A stretch of DNA of 63,472 bases from a virus (lineage: Duplodnaviria > Caudoviricetes). Each line of letters begins with the position of its first letter. Positions within the stretch are counted from its first letter, which is position 1. Shown piece after piece: positions 20,653 through 30,013 of this stretch. The position numbers and the translations under genes were made by a program. The DNA lies in IMG/VR virus record IMGVR_UViG_3300045825_000308, positions 1 through 63,472 of that record; one strand, 5' to 3'. The notes under the pieces were generated by a model. The model ran no database searches. It saw nothing but the letters and a program-made list of their open reading frames with translations, and was not told the origin of the DNA.

Positions 20653-23600
20653 TGGCATGCGGAGCTAATCTAGGTAAATTCAGATGGTTTTATACGGGCA
20701 ACGAGGTTGGTTTTTTAAATCACACTGGTCTTTATAATTTTATGGCTGGTGGACCAAGTGGTTCAGGAATATCTGCAGGAACTACTGTAAAAAAATTCTT
20801 CCCAGGTGAAATATCAAGAGCTCTATGGGAATATCCAAACTCTAAATTAAATCAAGAACTATTAAATGCTGCATATCCTTTTATAGAATTAAATTGGATC
20901 GCAGATATTACTATTTCAGACGCTGTAACTTTTAGAGTAAGTGATAGAAACATTTATGTAGAAGATATTAATTTAATTCCATATTTTTATGAAGCTCGAG
21001 TGGCTAAAGGTCCATCGATTAATGTAACTTCTGGTGAATGGTTATCTCCATCATTTGAGATAGGTGATTTAAAATTAGAAATCAATAATCGAGATGGTTT
21101 CTTTAATGATTATCTGCCGCAAGGTGTTAATTATCTACAATGGACTGGATCAAAAGTATCTATAAAAGTTGGTTTCGGAGAAAGCTATTCTAATTATTAT
21201 GAAGTTTTCACTGGTAAAGTAGCTAGCAAGCAAGGAGTTACTGGAACGGCCGAAACAATTATTTTAAAAATATATGATAGAGCAGCTGATGATGAAATTC
21301 CTATACCGGCTAGCGTATTTGACAGAACTAATTATCCGAATACTGATCCATCAAATATGGGAAAGGTTCTTCCAATTATTTACGGCGACTGGTCAATTGA
21401 AGCAGGAACATATGGAGAAATTCCAGCAATTTGTTCTAATGCTCAAGACACTAACGCTAGTGTTTATGTGTGGAATATTTCTGAAAATGCTTTGAGAGAA
21501 ATCGGAGACGTTTATTTACATCGTGGAGATAACATTCCAGACAAAGATGGGCCAATTCTTTTATTAAATTCTGCAATAACTAAATTTCCAGAAAGTGGAA
21601 AGATAGAAATACCAGTAAATATTCCATCACTGTCTAAAAATTATCTTTTATTAGATAGAGTTCGTGCTGGGTTAGGATCAGGAGTAAGAACACTCGTAGC
21701 AGATAGTGTCACAACTAATTATGAAGCGATGGGCGTTCAGATAGATGACGTTGTTTTAATAGATGGTGATCCATCTCAATATGTAATTGATTCAGTTAGC
21801 ACTGGGATTATAACTACTTTAACTGGTAACTTCCCAGTAGGAACAAATTACCGAATCATTACTGATAAATATAAATTTAAAAAAGGCGATAAGCTTTCTA
21901 TTTTCTGCAAAGGAAAAGATTTAGCAATCCTATCAACGACTAGAATAAGTGATTCTGGAATCATAGGAATGAATCCAAGAGGCCTTTCAGTAGCTCTTGA
22001 TAACAGCTATTGGACCATTGATAACGACGCTCAGAAGGTATATAATATAACCTTTAACAATAGAGTTCAAAAGACCATTAACTTCGCAGATATTGATCCG
22101 TCAATTACTTTTATTAGTTCTTTAGTTGTTCAATATGATGGAACACTTTGGTTATTGGAAAGAAATCAGTCTAAAGTTTATAGATATATTGTTGCTGAAA
22201 ATGCTTTAGGATTAAGTTTTACAACTTTATCTAGTGGAATAGATTTAGTCTTAGGAAATCCATCAGCCATTACTATTGATGAAGGAAACGTTCTGACAAT
22301 TGTTGATAACGATACTGGAATATTTTATCGAGTCAACCCATTTTCTCCAACTCTAGCTTTGCTCGGGTCATTCAATAAATCAGCATTTGCTCCATTAGCA
22401 ATTGACATTGTAGATTTAGGATTTGATGTTAGTGTTCAAAATCTAATTGTTTTAGACAGAGCAACAAGCTCTTATTATAGAATTAATCCAACAACAGGCG
22501 CTTTAATATCATCTCGAAATGTTTTAACGATAGCTAATAATTTTAATTATCCAGTTGGCATTGGTTACTATATCGATGGAACAATTTTTATATTAAATAA
22601 ATCTGATTTATCAATTTATAATTATAATGAATTTTTAGACTGTTCTGATAATGTTGGTTTTATTTGCCGCAATATTCTACAGTCTTACGCTGGTAAAACT
22701 AGTTTTGATTTTGATTTATTGTGGAATGAAACCAGTAGACTAAGTTTAAATGAATATAAAGCGCGAGCCCATATCAGTGAAAAAGTTAACGCGATAAATT
22801 ATATTCACACTTTATTAAGTGGATTCAATGCAAACGCTTATATTAGAATGCAAAAATACGCACTCTATCAAATAAACTTTAGTAATTTTAAAACCACAGG
22901 CGATATTTTACGAGAAGGAGATATTAAAGAAAAGACTTTTAATCCTTCAAAAGAATATAATCAATATTTTAATACTGCAACAGCTTCTTATAAATACCTT
23001 CCATTCTCTGCATCAAATATTAGTAGTGATATTTATGTTTCACCAAGCGGAGTAAAACTAGCAGGAAGAGAAATAGCTAAAAAATTAGAAATGAAAGCAG
23101 TTTATCGACGAGCTGACTTAGATAAACTAGTTCCATTATTTGTAAGATTGGCTGCAGCTGAGCCAGAGTTTGTGAATTTGACTACTGGATTTAGAATGTT
23201 ATTCACTCAATTAAATGCATTTTATAATATCAATTATACGAATGTAGAATTTGGAAAAACCAGCGGCCGCCGTTTTAATATGGTCCCATCTTTTGTTAGA
23301 TCATATACTATGAATTTAGATACTATGCAAATTAGTATGAAGTTATGGTCTTTAGGAACAACTCAATTTGGTTCTTATATGCCAGAAGGTGTGATTGGTG
23401 GTGGTGCTAATGATAATATTATTCTAACTAACTTAGGAACTGTTGGATATGTTTCACCAGTTGGACAAATAACCAGTTCTTCTCCAAATACTTTAATATT
23501 ATCTTTGGTTAGCGGAATAGATGCGCAATCAAGAACAAATAGTAGAACTGGAAACGCTTGGTTAGCAGGATTTAAAATAGGAATTTATAACGCAGCTACT

Positions 23601-23921
23601 CAAGTCTTAATAGAAGAAAAAACAATTCTTTCTGTTGTTGGTCAAGTGATAACCTTTACTGATAATATTTTAACAATAATAGTAAATACTCAATTAAATT
23701 CTAGCGGATTAATAACTGGTGGACATTATCTAAAATATACTAGTTATCCAAACGTTATTGATGCTCAGAAAGCTAAGTTTGGATATTTTACTAAACCAAT
23801 AGATGGTTATCCTACAACAACTAGTAAAGAAACAGATGAACTAAGAGCGGGATTACATAAATTTGATGACCAAAGATTGTCTTATATCTATCATCCATTT
23901 GATTATATTCCGGCAACATAG
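20652..23921 (+). CDS. baseplate hub / central tail protein with beta-propeller insertion
   Basis: LKLEINNRDGFF and GKVLPIIYGD hub motifs; central propeller-like blades. Confidence 0.65.
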   Translation: MACGANLGKFRWFYTGNEVGFLNHTGLYNFMAGGPSGSGISAGTTVKKFFPGEISRALWEYPNSKLNQELLNAAYPFIELNWIADITISDAVTFRVSDRNIYVEDINLIPYFYEARVAKGPSINVTSGEWLSPSFEIGDLKLEINNRDGFFNDYLPQGVNYLQWTGSKVSIKVGFGESYSNYYEVFTGKVASKQGVTGTAETIILKIYDRAADDEIPIPASVFDRTNYPNTDPSNMGKVLPIIYGDWSIEAGTYGEIPAICSNAQDTNASVYVWNISENALREIGDVYLHRGDNIPDKDGPILLLNSAITKFPESGKIEIPVNIPSLSKNYLLLDRVRAGLGSGVRTLVADSVTTNYEAMGVQIDDVVLIDGDPSQYVIDSVSTGIITTLTGNFPVGTNYRIITDKYKFKKGDKLSIFCKGKDLAILSTTRISDSGIIGMNPRGLSVALDNSYWTIDNDAQKVYNITFNNRVQKTINFADIDPSITFISSLVVQYDGTLWLLERNQSKVYRYIVAENALGLSFTTLSSGIDLVLGNPSAITIDEGNVLTIVDNDTGIFYRVNPFSPTLALLGSFNKSAFAPLAIDIVDLGFDVSVQNLIVLDRATSSYYRINPTTGALISSRNVLTIANNFNYPVGIGYYIDGTIFILNKSDLSIYNYNEFLDCSDNVGFICRNILQSYAGKTSFDFDLLWNETSRLSLNEYKARAHISEKVNAINYIHTLLSGFNANAYIRMQKYALYQINFSNFKTTGDILREGDIKEKTFNPSKEYNQYFNTATASYKYLPFSASNISSDIYVSPSGVKLAGREIAKKLEMKAVYRRADLDKLVPLFVRLAAAEPEFVNLTTGFRMLFTQLNAFYNINYTNVEFGKTSGRRFNMVPSFVRSYTMNLDTMQISMKLWSLGTTQFGSYMPEGVIGGGANDNIILTNLGTVGYVSPVGQITSSSPNTLILSLVSGIDAQSRTNSRTGNAWLAGFKIGIYNAATQVLIEEKTILSVVGQVITFTDNILTIIVNTQLNSSGLITGGHYLKYTSYPNVIDAQKAKFGYFTKPIDGYPTTTSKETDELRAGLHKFDDQRLSYIYHPFDYIPAT

Positions 23922-23929
23922 GTAAAAAG

Positions 23930-24460
23930 ATGACTATAGAAAATATAAAATTGAAACCGCCTAGAATTTTCACGCACGAAGCTGACTTCGGAACTTCTGC
24001 TGCTAGATATTTATGGCAGAAGATGATTAATAATCAAGCTTTCGTTGAAAAATGTTTTCCGATAGGGTATGTTTTATATTTCTATGCGTCACAAACAGAT
24101 GCAAATAATGTTCCGGTAACAGCTCCAAATCCAGAAATATGGGGATTATTAGATGGACATACTGTAAACGATGCAGATTCTATGCTCCATGGAGTTGTAT
24201 TGCCTGACCTGAGAGGGTATTTCTTAAAGGGCGGAGCAATACAAGGGTTAACTGGCGGACAGTCCACAATCAACATTAGCCATTCACATGGTGGTCAAAC
24301 AGGCGTTACAGATGATAGACAGCCGGATGTTCAGGCAAGTTATGGCGGTGGATATAATACTGGTTGTCCACACTATCATGCTATGAGTGGTGCGTGGTCT
24401 TCTACTGAAAATATTATTCCGCCATATGTATCAATGCAAATGTACATAAGGATTAAATAA
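23930..24460 (+). CDS. tail collar-domain protein 1
   Basis: PIG...WGLLDG...LPDLRGYFLKG...HSH...HYH...PPY. Confidence 0.75.
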   Translation: MTIENIKLKPPRIFTHEADFGTSAARYLWQKMINNQAFVEKCFPIGYVLYFYASQTDANNVPVTAPNPEIWGLLDGHTVNDADSMLHGVVLPDLRGYFLKGGAIQGLTGGQSTINISHSHGGQTGVTDDRQPDVQASYGGGYNTGCPHYHAMSGAWSSTENIIPPYVSMQMYIRIK

Positions 24461-24984
24461 TGAGCAATTCATCTAAAATAGATTTAACAGGTGTGTCAGA
24501 ATTTTCTGATGTCGTGTCTCAAGAGTTGGCAGCTGCATTAAAGCTCAACATAGATTTTCTCCAAAACCTTTGTGCTATTGGACAAGTGGCTCCAATCTTA
24601 ACAGGAATAGTAGGTGTTCCACTTCCTGATGCAAACATCTGGCAACTTTGTGATGGATCAGAAATAGTTAATGAAAATTCACCATTAAGATCGCAAGGAG
24701 CTTCTCAGCATTTCACTCCTAATATGACTAACAGATTTCAAATGATGGTTAAACCAGGCGGACAATCTGCTGGAACTTTAGGTGGAGAGAACAATACTTA
24801 CGCTTTTAAACATAATCATGGTGGATATACAGGAAGTGTTGGATCAAATCAAGATGGTAACCACTCACATTCTTTACGAGAAGCAGCTTTCTCACATAAT
24901 CATACAATTGCTTATGACTTCAATTATGGCGTTAATGTAGAGCCACCATTTTATACTGTTAAATTTTATATGAGGATCCAATGA
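24460..24984 (+). CDS. tail collar-domain protein 2
   Basis: WQLCDGS...TPNM...HNH...HNH...PPF. Confidence 0.75.
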   Translation: MSNSSKIDLTGVSEFSDVVSQELAAALKLNIDFLQNLCAIGQVAPILTGIVGVPLPDANIWQLCDGSEIVNENSPLRSQGASQHFTPNMTNRFQMMVKPGGQSAGTLGGENNTYAFKHNHGGYTGSVGSNQDGNHSHSLREAAFSHNHTIAYDFNYGVNVEPPFYTVKFYMRIQ

Positions 24985-25502
24985 TTATAACACCTCAACA
25001 ATTTACACCAACACACAATGAAGAAGTTTCTTATGAAGCACCAATCAATGAAGAAACATTAAAAAAAATTATCTTAAATAATAATTGGCTATTAGATTTA
25101 ATGCCTATTGGAGCAATTGTTGCAATTCAAACCAATCAAGCAGGTGGCGGAGTGCCTGACGGAAATATTTATCAATTCTGTGATGGTTCTGAAATAACTA
25201 ATGCCAATTCACCAATAAGATCTATCGGATTAAACCAAAGATTTGTTCCAAACTTGCAATCTAAATTCCCAAGGGTAGCTACCACAACTAATACGAACCC
25301 ATCTGGTGGCTCTTGGGATCACAACCTTGGTCATGCTCATGGAACAGGTACTTATTCTGCTGTGGGTAATTATATGGGAACGAAAGGCGATAGAAGAAGA
25401 AGAGATCATCATACTCACGCGATCTCTGCTCAGTATAATGATCCGACAACTATTGAAAATCCAGCCTATATTACTTATAACTTTTATATGAAAATTTCAT
25501 AA
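24981..25502 (+). CDS. tail collar-domain protein 3
   Basis: MPIG...QFCDGS...VPNL...HAH...HTH...PAY. Confidence 0.75.
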   Translation: MIITPQQFTPTHNEEVSYEAPINEETLKKIILNNNWLLDLMPIGAIVAIQTNQAGGGVPDGNIYQFCDGSEITNANSPIRSIGLNQRFVPNLQSKFPRVATTTNTNPSGGSWDHNLGHAHGTGTYSAVGNYMGTKGDRRRRDHHTHAISAQYNDPTTIENPAYITYNFYMKIS

Positions 25503-25511
25503 GGACAAATT

Positions 25512-25796
25512 ATGTTTAACTTTTGCATTGTATTGAATACTGCTCCATTTTATGTGTTGGCTCAAAATGAAAAAGATTTAGAAGAAATTCTAAAAGTTTA
25601 TGAAGGTAAAATTTCTATTGTGGTCAAAGCAAAAGATTTAGAAGTAATGGAATTTAAAATGCAAATGAGTTTGTTTTCTAAAAATACTCTATTAATTCCG
25701 ACAGTGGTCGAAGAAACTCAAGATGCTTTAGCTAAAATGATTAATGCTTCTGAACAAGATGAATTAATTTATGAATTAACTAATGATATTAACTGA
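25512..25796 (+). CDS. hypothetical protein
   Basis: AAGGA RBS; last gene of the tail operon, convergent overlap with the helicase. Confidence 0.6.
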   Translation: MFNFCIVLNTAPFYVLAQNEKDLEEILKVYEGKISIVVKAKDLEVMEFKMQMSLFSKNTLLIPTVVEETQDALAKMINASEQDELIYELTNDIN

Positions 25797-26657
25797 TTTG
25801 CCGTATACTTCTTTAATGATGCTCATTCTAGCTTTAGAGTGGGCAATTAAATTCTTCTGACCATTGTCTATAAAGTCAAAATAATATCCTACTTGTTTGT
25901 TTTTAAAATTTCTCACAACTCTTCCACACTTTTGCATTAATTCAGATTCAGCTTTACCACCACCACAATTAATAATAGCTCCAGCTGCTTTAGTATCAAC
26001 GCCTTCACCTAAAACATCTGTTCCGATTAAACAAGGAATTTCTAAATTATTAAACTTTTTTACCATTTGCATATTATAAGATGCAGATTCATCTTGACCA
26101 TTTAAAAAGACGGCATCCTTTCCAAGGGCGCTTTGCAATTGCCTTCCATGGCCTATGTGTTCCACTAATATAATTGTCGGAACATTATTACGAATCATTT
26201 TTTTAGCTGTTTCAATAACAATTGCATTTCTAGCTTGATTGTTATCAATAAATAAAGGCACATCGCTTTTATAATTCTTCTTAGAAAGAATCTTTTTATT
26301 TGGCATATCAAAGAAAAAACTAACTAACGGTTTAATATATCCTAGATTGATAGCCTCTATAGTGGTAACAGAATATAAGGTATCACTTAAAACAGATTCT
26401 AAATAGATATTAGAATTAGGATCGTTTTTAAAATTCGTCGCTGTTAATCCATACCGATAATAGATTTCCGATAATCGATCGGCAAAATCAATTCTAACGC
26501 CTTCAGCACCAGAATTAGACGTTAAAATACCTTCAGCAACATAGTTATGATTATCTTCAACTGTTATATCATAGACCCACTCATCTGCTGAATCAACCTC
26601 TTCAATACTAATAATTGTTCCTTTGAGTAGTTCTCTGGTATCCTGACAATTTTCCAT
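25776..26657 (-). CDS. SF2 helicase C-terminal part preceded by a 48-aa C-intein
   Basis: VYDITVEDNHNYVAEGILTSN/S; GLTAT, EGVD and QKCGRVVR motifs (III, V, VI). Confidence 0.85.
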   Translation of the reverse strand: MENCQDTRELLKGTIISIEEVDSADEWVYDITVEDNHNYVAEGILTSNSGAEGVRIDFADRLSEIYYRYGLTATNFKNDPNSNIYLESVLSDTLYSVTTIEAINLGYIKPLVSFFFDMPNKKILSKKNYKSDVPLFIDNNQARNAIVIETAKKMIRNNVPTIILVEHIGHGRQLQSALGKDAVFLNGQDESASYNMQMVKKFNNLEIPCLIGTDVLGEGVDTKAAGAIINCGGGKAESELMQKCGRVVRNFKNKQVGYYFDFIDNGQKNLIAHSKARMSIIKEVYGKSVNIIS

Positions 26658-27361
26658 CCAATGCTTCCTAGTCTTATTTCTTTGCGTAAATCTTGTGCTT
26701 CTCTTCCTTTATGCGATGTTCCATCAACTTCAATGCCTATTTTTAAATCAGCATTAGCTAAATCTATTTTATAATTTCGTGGAAATTCACCATCTTTTAA
26801 ACCAATAGCAACTTCTGCTTCAAAGTTTTTAAAAATATCTAGCAAATAGATTTGAGTTGGCGTTAATGCACCACCATTCCCATATGTTCCACGACCAAAA
26901 GGATTATAAGAACCATCAGCAATTTTAGATTTTATTTTTAAAGATTGTTTTGATCGTACTTCGATAGAACGGTTTTTATTTGCCAGCGCAATTATTTCTC
27001 TATGTTTTTTTGATTTGCAGTTTTCTTGCCTAGTTTTAGGGGCAAGTCCCATAGTAAGTTTATCTCCAATTTTCATTTGTTCAATTCTAATCTTCCCATT
27101 ATCAGTTAAAAACTTATGATTTTTTGTTACTATAAATTCTTTTATATTTCCATCTTCATCTTGAACCCTTACTTTTAACATTTTGGGGGGAGCAGGATAT
27201 CTCATAGCATTTATAACTAATTTAGATTCCCATGCTTTACCGTTCCACGATATTACTTTTGGCTTACTGCCGTTATGAAATAACTTATAGATCTCTTCAA
27301 TAGTGCGAGTCTTATATGATTTTGATTTCGATCCAGAAATTTTAGTAAGTGGTGTAAAACA
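26514..27361 (-). mobile_element. intein spanning two reading frames, with endonuclease
   Basis: Cys1 codon at 27361; terminal Asn codon at 26516-26514; +1 Ser restores DEFHHSGA. Confidence 0.85.
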
Positions 27362-27985
27362 ATGATGGAACTCATCAAATATCAATTGAGAAAACTGCTT
27401 AAAGTAATTCGGATCCTTCGATGATAGAGCATGAAAATTCGTAACTATGATTGGCTTATCATGATGAACTTTTAATAATCCAACATCATCTGTTCCGAAA
27501 GATTCTGTTAAATACTCATAAGTCTGTTGTCGAAGATTTCCTGATGGTGTAATGATTAGCGTTGGTCTTTGAGTTCTAATAAGAGCTTCTTTAATAACTC
27601 TGCTTTTTCCAATACCAGTTGGCATTTCTAAAACACCGCTTGTGTTAGTTGCAATAGCATGAGCTCCAAGAATTTGTTCAGGATATAAAGGTGGTTCAAT
27701 TAATCTGTCAATTAAATTAATAGATTTGTGTTTGGGGATGATTCTGTTATCGGCAATATTAACCGGAAGATATCGTTCATCAAAATATTTGCTTACCCTT
27801 TTTACTAAGCCTGTTGGAAAATATCCATCTTCATCTATCAATAGAGTTGTTGAGGCATATCTATTTTTAGTTCTGATCCACGTTGACATGTTAAAATAAC
27901 TTACAGTCATTCGTAAGTTTTTAAGTAAGGATTTATCTAATCCAACAACACGAGACATAGAATTATTTAAAATTATCGTTATCAT
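26564..27985 (-). CDS. SF2 helicase N-terminal part + N-intein + Vsr/EDxHD-like endonuclease
   Basis: MPTGIGKS; DEFHH/CF; VTKNHKF block B; IDLA...IEVDGTSH. Confidence 0.85.
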   Translation of the reverse strand: MITIILNNSMSRVVGLDKSLLKNLRMTVSYFNMSTWIRTKNRYASTTLLIDEDGYFPTGLVKRVSKYFDERYLPVNIADNRIIPKHKSINLIDRLIEPPLYPEQILGAHAIATNTSGVLEMPTGIGKSRVIKEALIRTQRPTLIITPSGNLRQQTYEYLTESFGTDDVGLLKVHHDKPIIVTNFHALSSKDPNYFKQFSQLIFDEFHHCFTPLTKISGSKSKSYKTRTIEEIYKLFHNGSKPKVISWNGKAWESKLVINAMRYPAPPKMLKVRVQDEDGNIKEFIVTKNHKFLTDNGKIRIEQMKIGDKLTMGLAPKTRQENCKSKKHREIIALANKNRSIEVRSKQSLKIKSKIADGSYNPFGRGTYGNGGALTPTQIYLLDIFKNFEAEVAIGLKDGEFPRNYKIDLANADLKIGIEVDGTSHKGREAQDLRKEIRLGSIGWKIVRIPENYSKEQLLVLKRLIQQMSGSMI

Positions 27986-28648
27986 TATACATAATACTTT
28001 CTGTTAATAGAAAAAAAACGGGCGCAACATTGAATAGGTATTCTACGAAGTTGGAAAAGAATGATCTTTTTTATTTTTGCATATCGTTTTTCTGTTATAC
28101 GAAGTATCAGAAGACTCTAGGACCGGTGGTTGGACATTGGTTTTGTCCCCCGCCCTCCAGAGAGGGGGCAAAAAGGCAAAGGAGACTCCTTAAGGTATCT
28201 TAATAAGAGTTTTAAGAAAGACAAGAGAGAGAAAATAAAAATCTAGAGAAAAAATAAGAGAAAAAAATAAAGTCAAGAGAAAAAATATAAATAATTAAAA
28301 ATAAAGATAATAGTAAAAATATATTAAATAAAGATTTACAAAATGAGACTTCTTGATAAAATATCGAAATAAGATTAATATTAAGATTTATATATAAATA
28401 ATTTATAAAAATTATTGTAAAAATTTCAAGGTCTCGCTTCACTTGGGTTCTCGCTCAGTGAAATTTTCCATAATTATAAAAAATTAAATTTAAAAAATAT
28501 TTTAAAATTTTAAAAAACTTCAATTTACGCTATTTGTCATATTACGCAGTACTTCCATCAACACCTCTAGACGCACATCATCAAAAAATACCTTTAAAAT
28601 TATAAGAGTATTATCCATCACAGTATCTATAAAAGTAAAAGGTTATTA
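27986..28648. other. AT-rich divergent intergenic region, candidate replication origin / promoter region
   Basis: no credible ORF; A-rich tract and inverted repeats; lies between helicase and DnaB/primase. Confidence 0.5.
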
Positions 28649-30013
28649 ATGAATCAAGAGATGCAATTACCGTTTGACGATAAATTTCAACTAACATTAT
28701 TAGAATTGATATTATCAGATAAACACGTGGCTGAAAAAAGTTATGTTCATTTAAGACCTGAATTTTTTCCAAATGAATATTTTGCTAAGATCTTTGGAAT
28801 GTTAAAAGGATTAAATGAACTATATGAAGCAGCTCCTTCTCAAAATCAATTAAAAAATGAACTATTAAAGATAACAGATCCTAAACAATCACAACTTTAT
28901 TTAGATATCTATAAACGAATAACTAATCCACAAGATTTTAGAGATTATGAATATACTAAAAAGAACTTAGATTCTTATTTTAAATCTAGAAACATCTTTA
29001 AATTGACCAATGATATCATAAAAAATCAACATCTTCATCCAGATAAACTAACAGAATTAATAGAAAATCATATAAAGACCATATCAGAAATCAGTTTTAA
29101 TAATGTTAAAACGAGAGGATTAGAAAATCTGTTAGGATTCTTAGATGAATGTAAAGCAGATGCTGGTAATTTAATACCAACCTTTCTTCCAACTATAGAT
29201 AAAGCCCTAGGTGGTGGTTGTCCAAGAGGAACTCTTGCAATGGCTATTGGAGCAACTAACGTTGGTAAGTCAGTATGGTTGATTAATTGGACCTATAAAC
29301 TCATTAAAGCTGGTTATAAGGTCCTTTATGTTAATCTTGAGGGATATGAGCGCCAGACCATGCAAAGACTCATCTGTCGAGCCATTAGAGCTCCATTATA
29401 TAATGTGAAGAATAAGATATTAACAGAATTTCAATTAGATCAGGTAGTCAATTTTCAAGAGGAATGCAAAGAAAACTTTAAATTCTTTCATAATAATTCA
29501 TTTGATATGACCATCGAAAGTTTTATACCAGCTTTAAAACACATCGTGTTACATGAATTTAAAGCAGATGTTGTTGTTTATGACTATGGACAATTATTTA
29601 AGTCTAAAAAGAATCATGATGGAAATAGACATGAGCAAGCTTATTGTCATAGAGCAATAACTATGATGGCGGGGGAATTAGATCACTTAGCTGTTACTGT
29701 TGCACAGGGTCAACGAGATACTAACATCAAAAATAGTTCAGCATCTTCATTAACAAGAATGACTGATATTGCAGAATGCTTTGAAATAAATCGAGCAGCA
29801 GCAACTGTCTTTACTTTAAATCGTTCGGAAAGAGATGAAGAAATGGAATGGATAAAAATCTTAATGGATAAACAACGCGATGGCGCCAAGAATATTGTTG
29901 AGATTTGTAAGACAGATTTTCATACTGTTACTATGTTTGGAGATGAATCAGAAGGATTAGGCTTTATTAATGCTAAAACTTATTTAGAACAAACAGCTCA
30001 GAAGCAATTATGA
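28649..30013 (+). CDS. dnaB: replicative DNA helicase, DnaB-like
   Basis: GATNVGKS Walker A; YVNLE; VVYDY; DKQRDG. Confidence 0.85.
   Translation: MNQEMQLPFDDKFQLTLLELILSDKHVAEKSYVHLRPEFFPNEYFAKIFGMLKGLNELYEAAPSQNQLKNELLKITDPKQSQLYLDIYKRITNPQDFRDYEYTKKNLDSYFKSRNIFKLTNDIIKNQHLHPDKLTELIENHIKTISEISFNNVKTRGLENLLGFLDECKADAGNLIPTFLPTIDKALGGGCPRGTLAMAIGATNVGKSVWLINWTYKLIKAGYKVLYVNLEGYERQTMQRLICRAIRAPLYNVKNKILTEFQLDQVVNFQEECKENFKFFHNNSFDMTIESFIPALKHIVLHEFKADVVVYDYGQLFKSKKNHDGNRHEQAYCHRAITMMAGELDHLAVTVAQGQRDTNIKNSSASSLTRMTDIAECFEINRAAATVFTLNRSERDEEMEWIKILMDKQRDGAKNIVEICKTDFHTVTMFGDESEGLGFINAKTYLEQTAQKQL

Noticed and set aside
14096-25502. Diversity-generating retroelement acting on fibres
   Set aside because: No reverse transcriptase and no adenine-variant repeat pair seen; repeats are diverged at protein level
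28212-28442. 76-aa hydrophobic ORF on the minus strand
   Set aside because: By-product of the A-rich low-complexity tract
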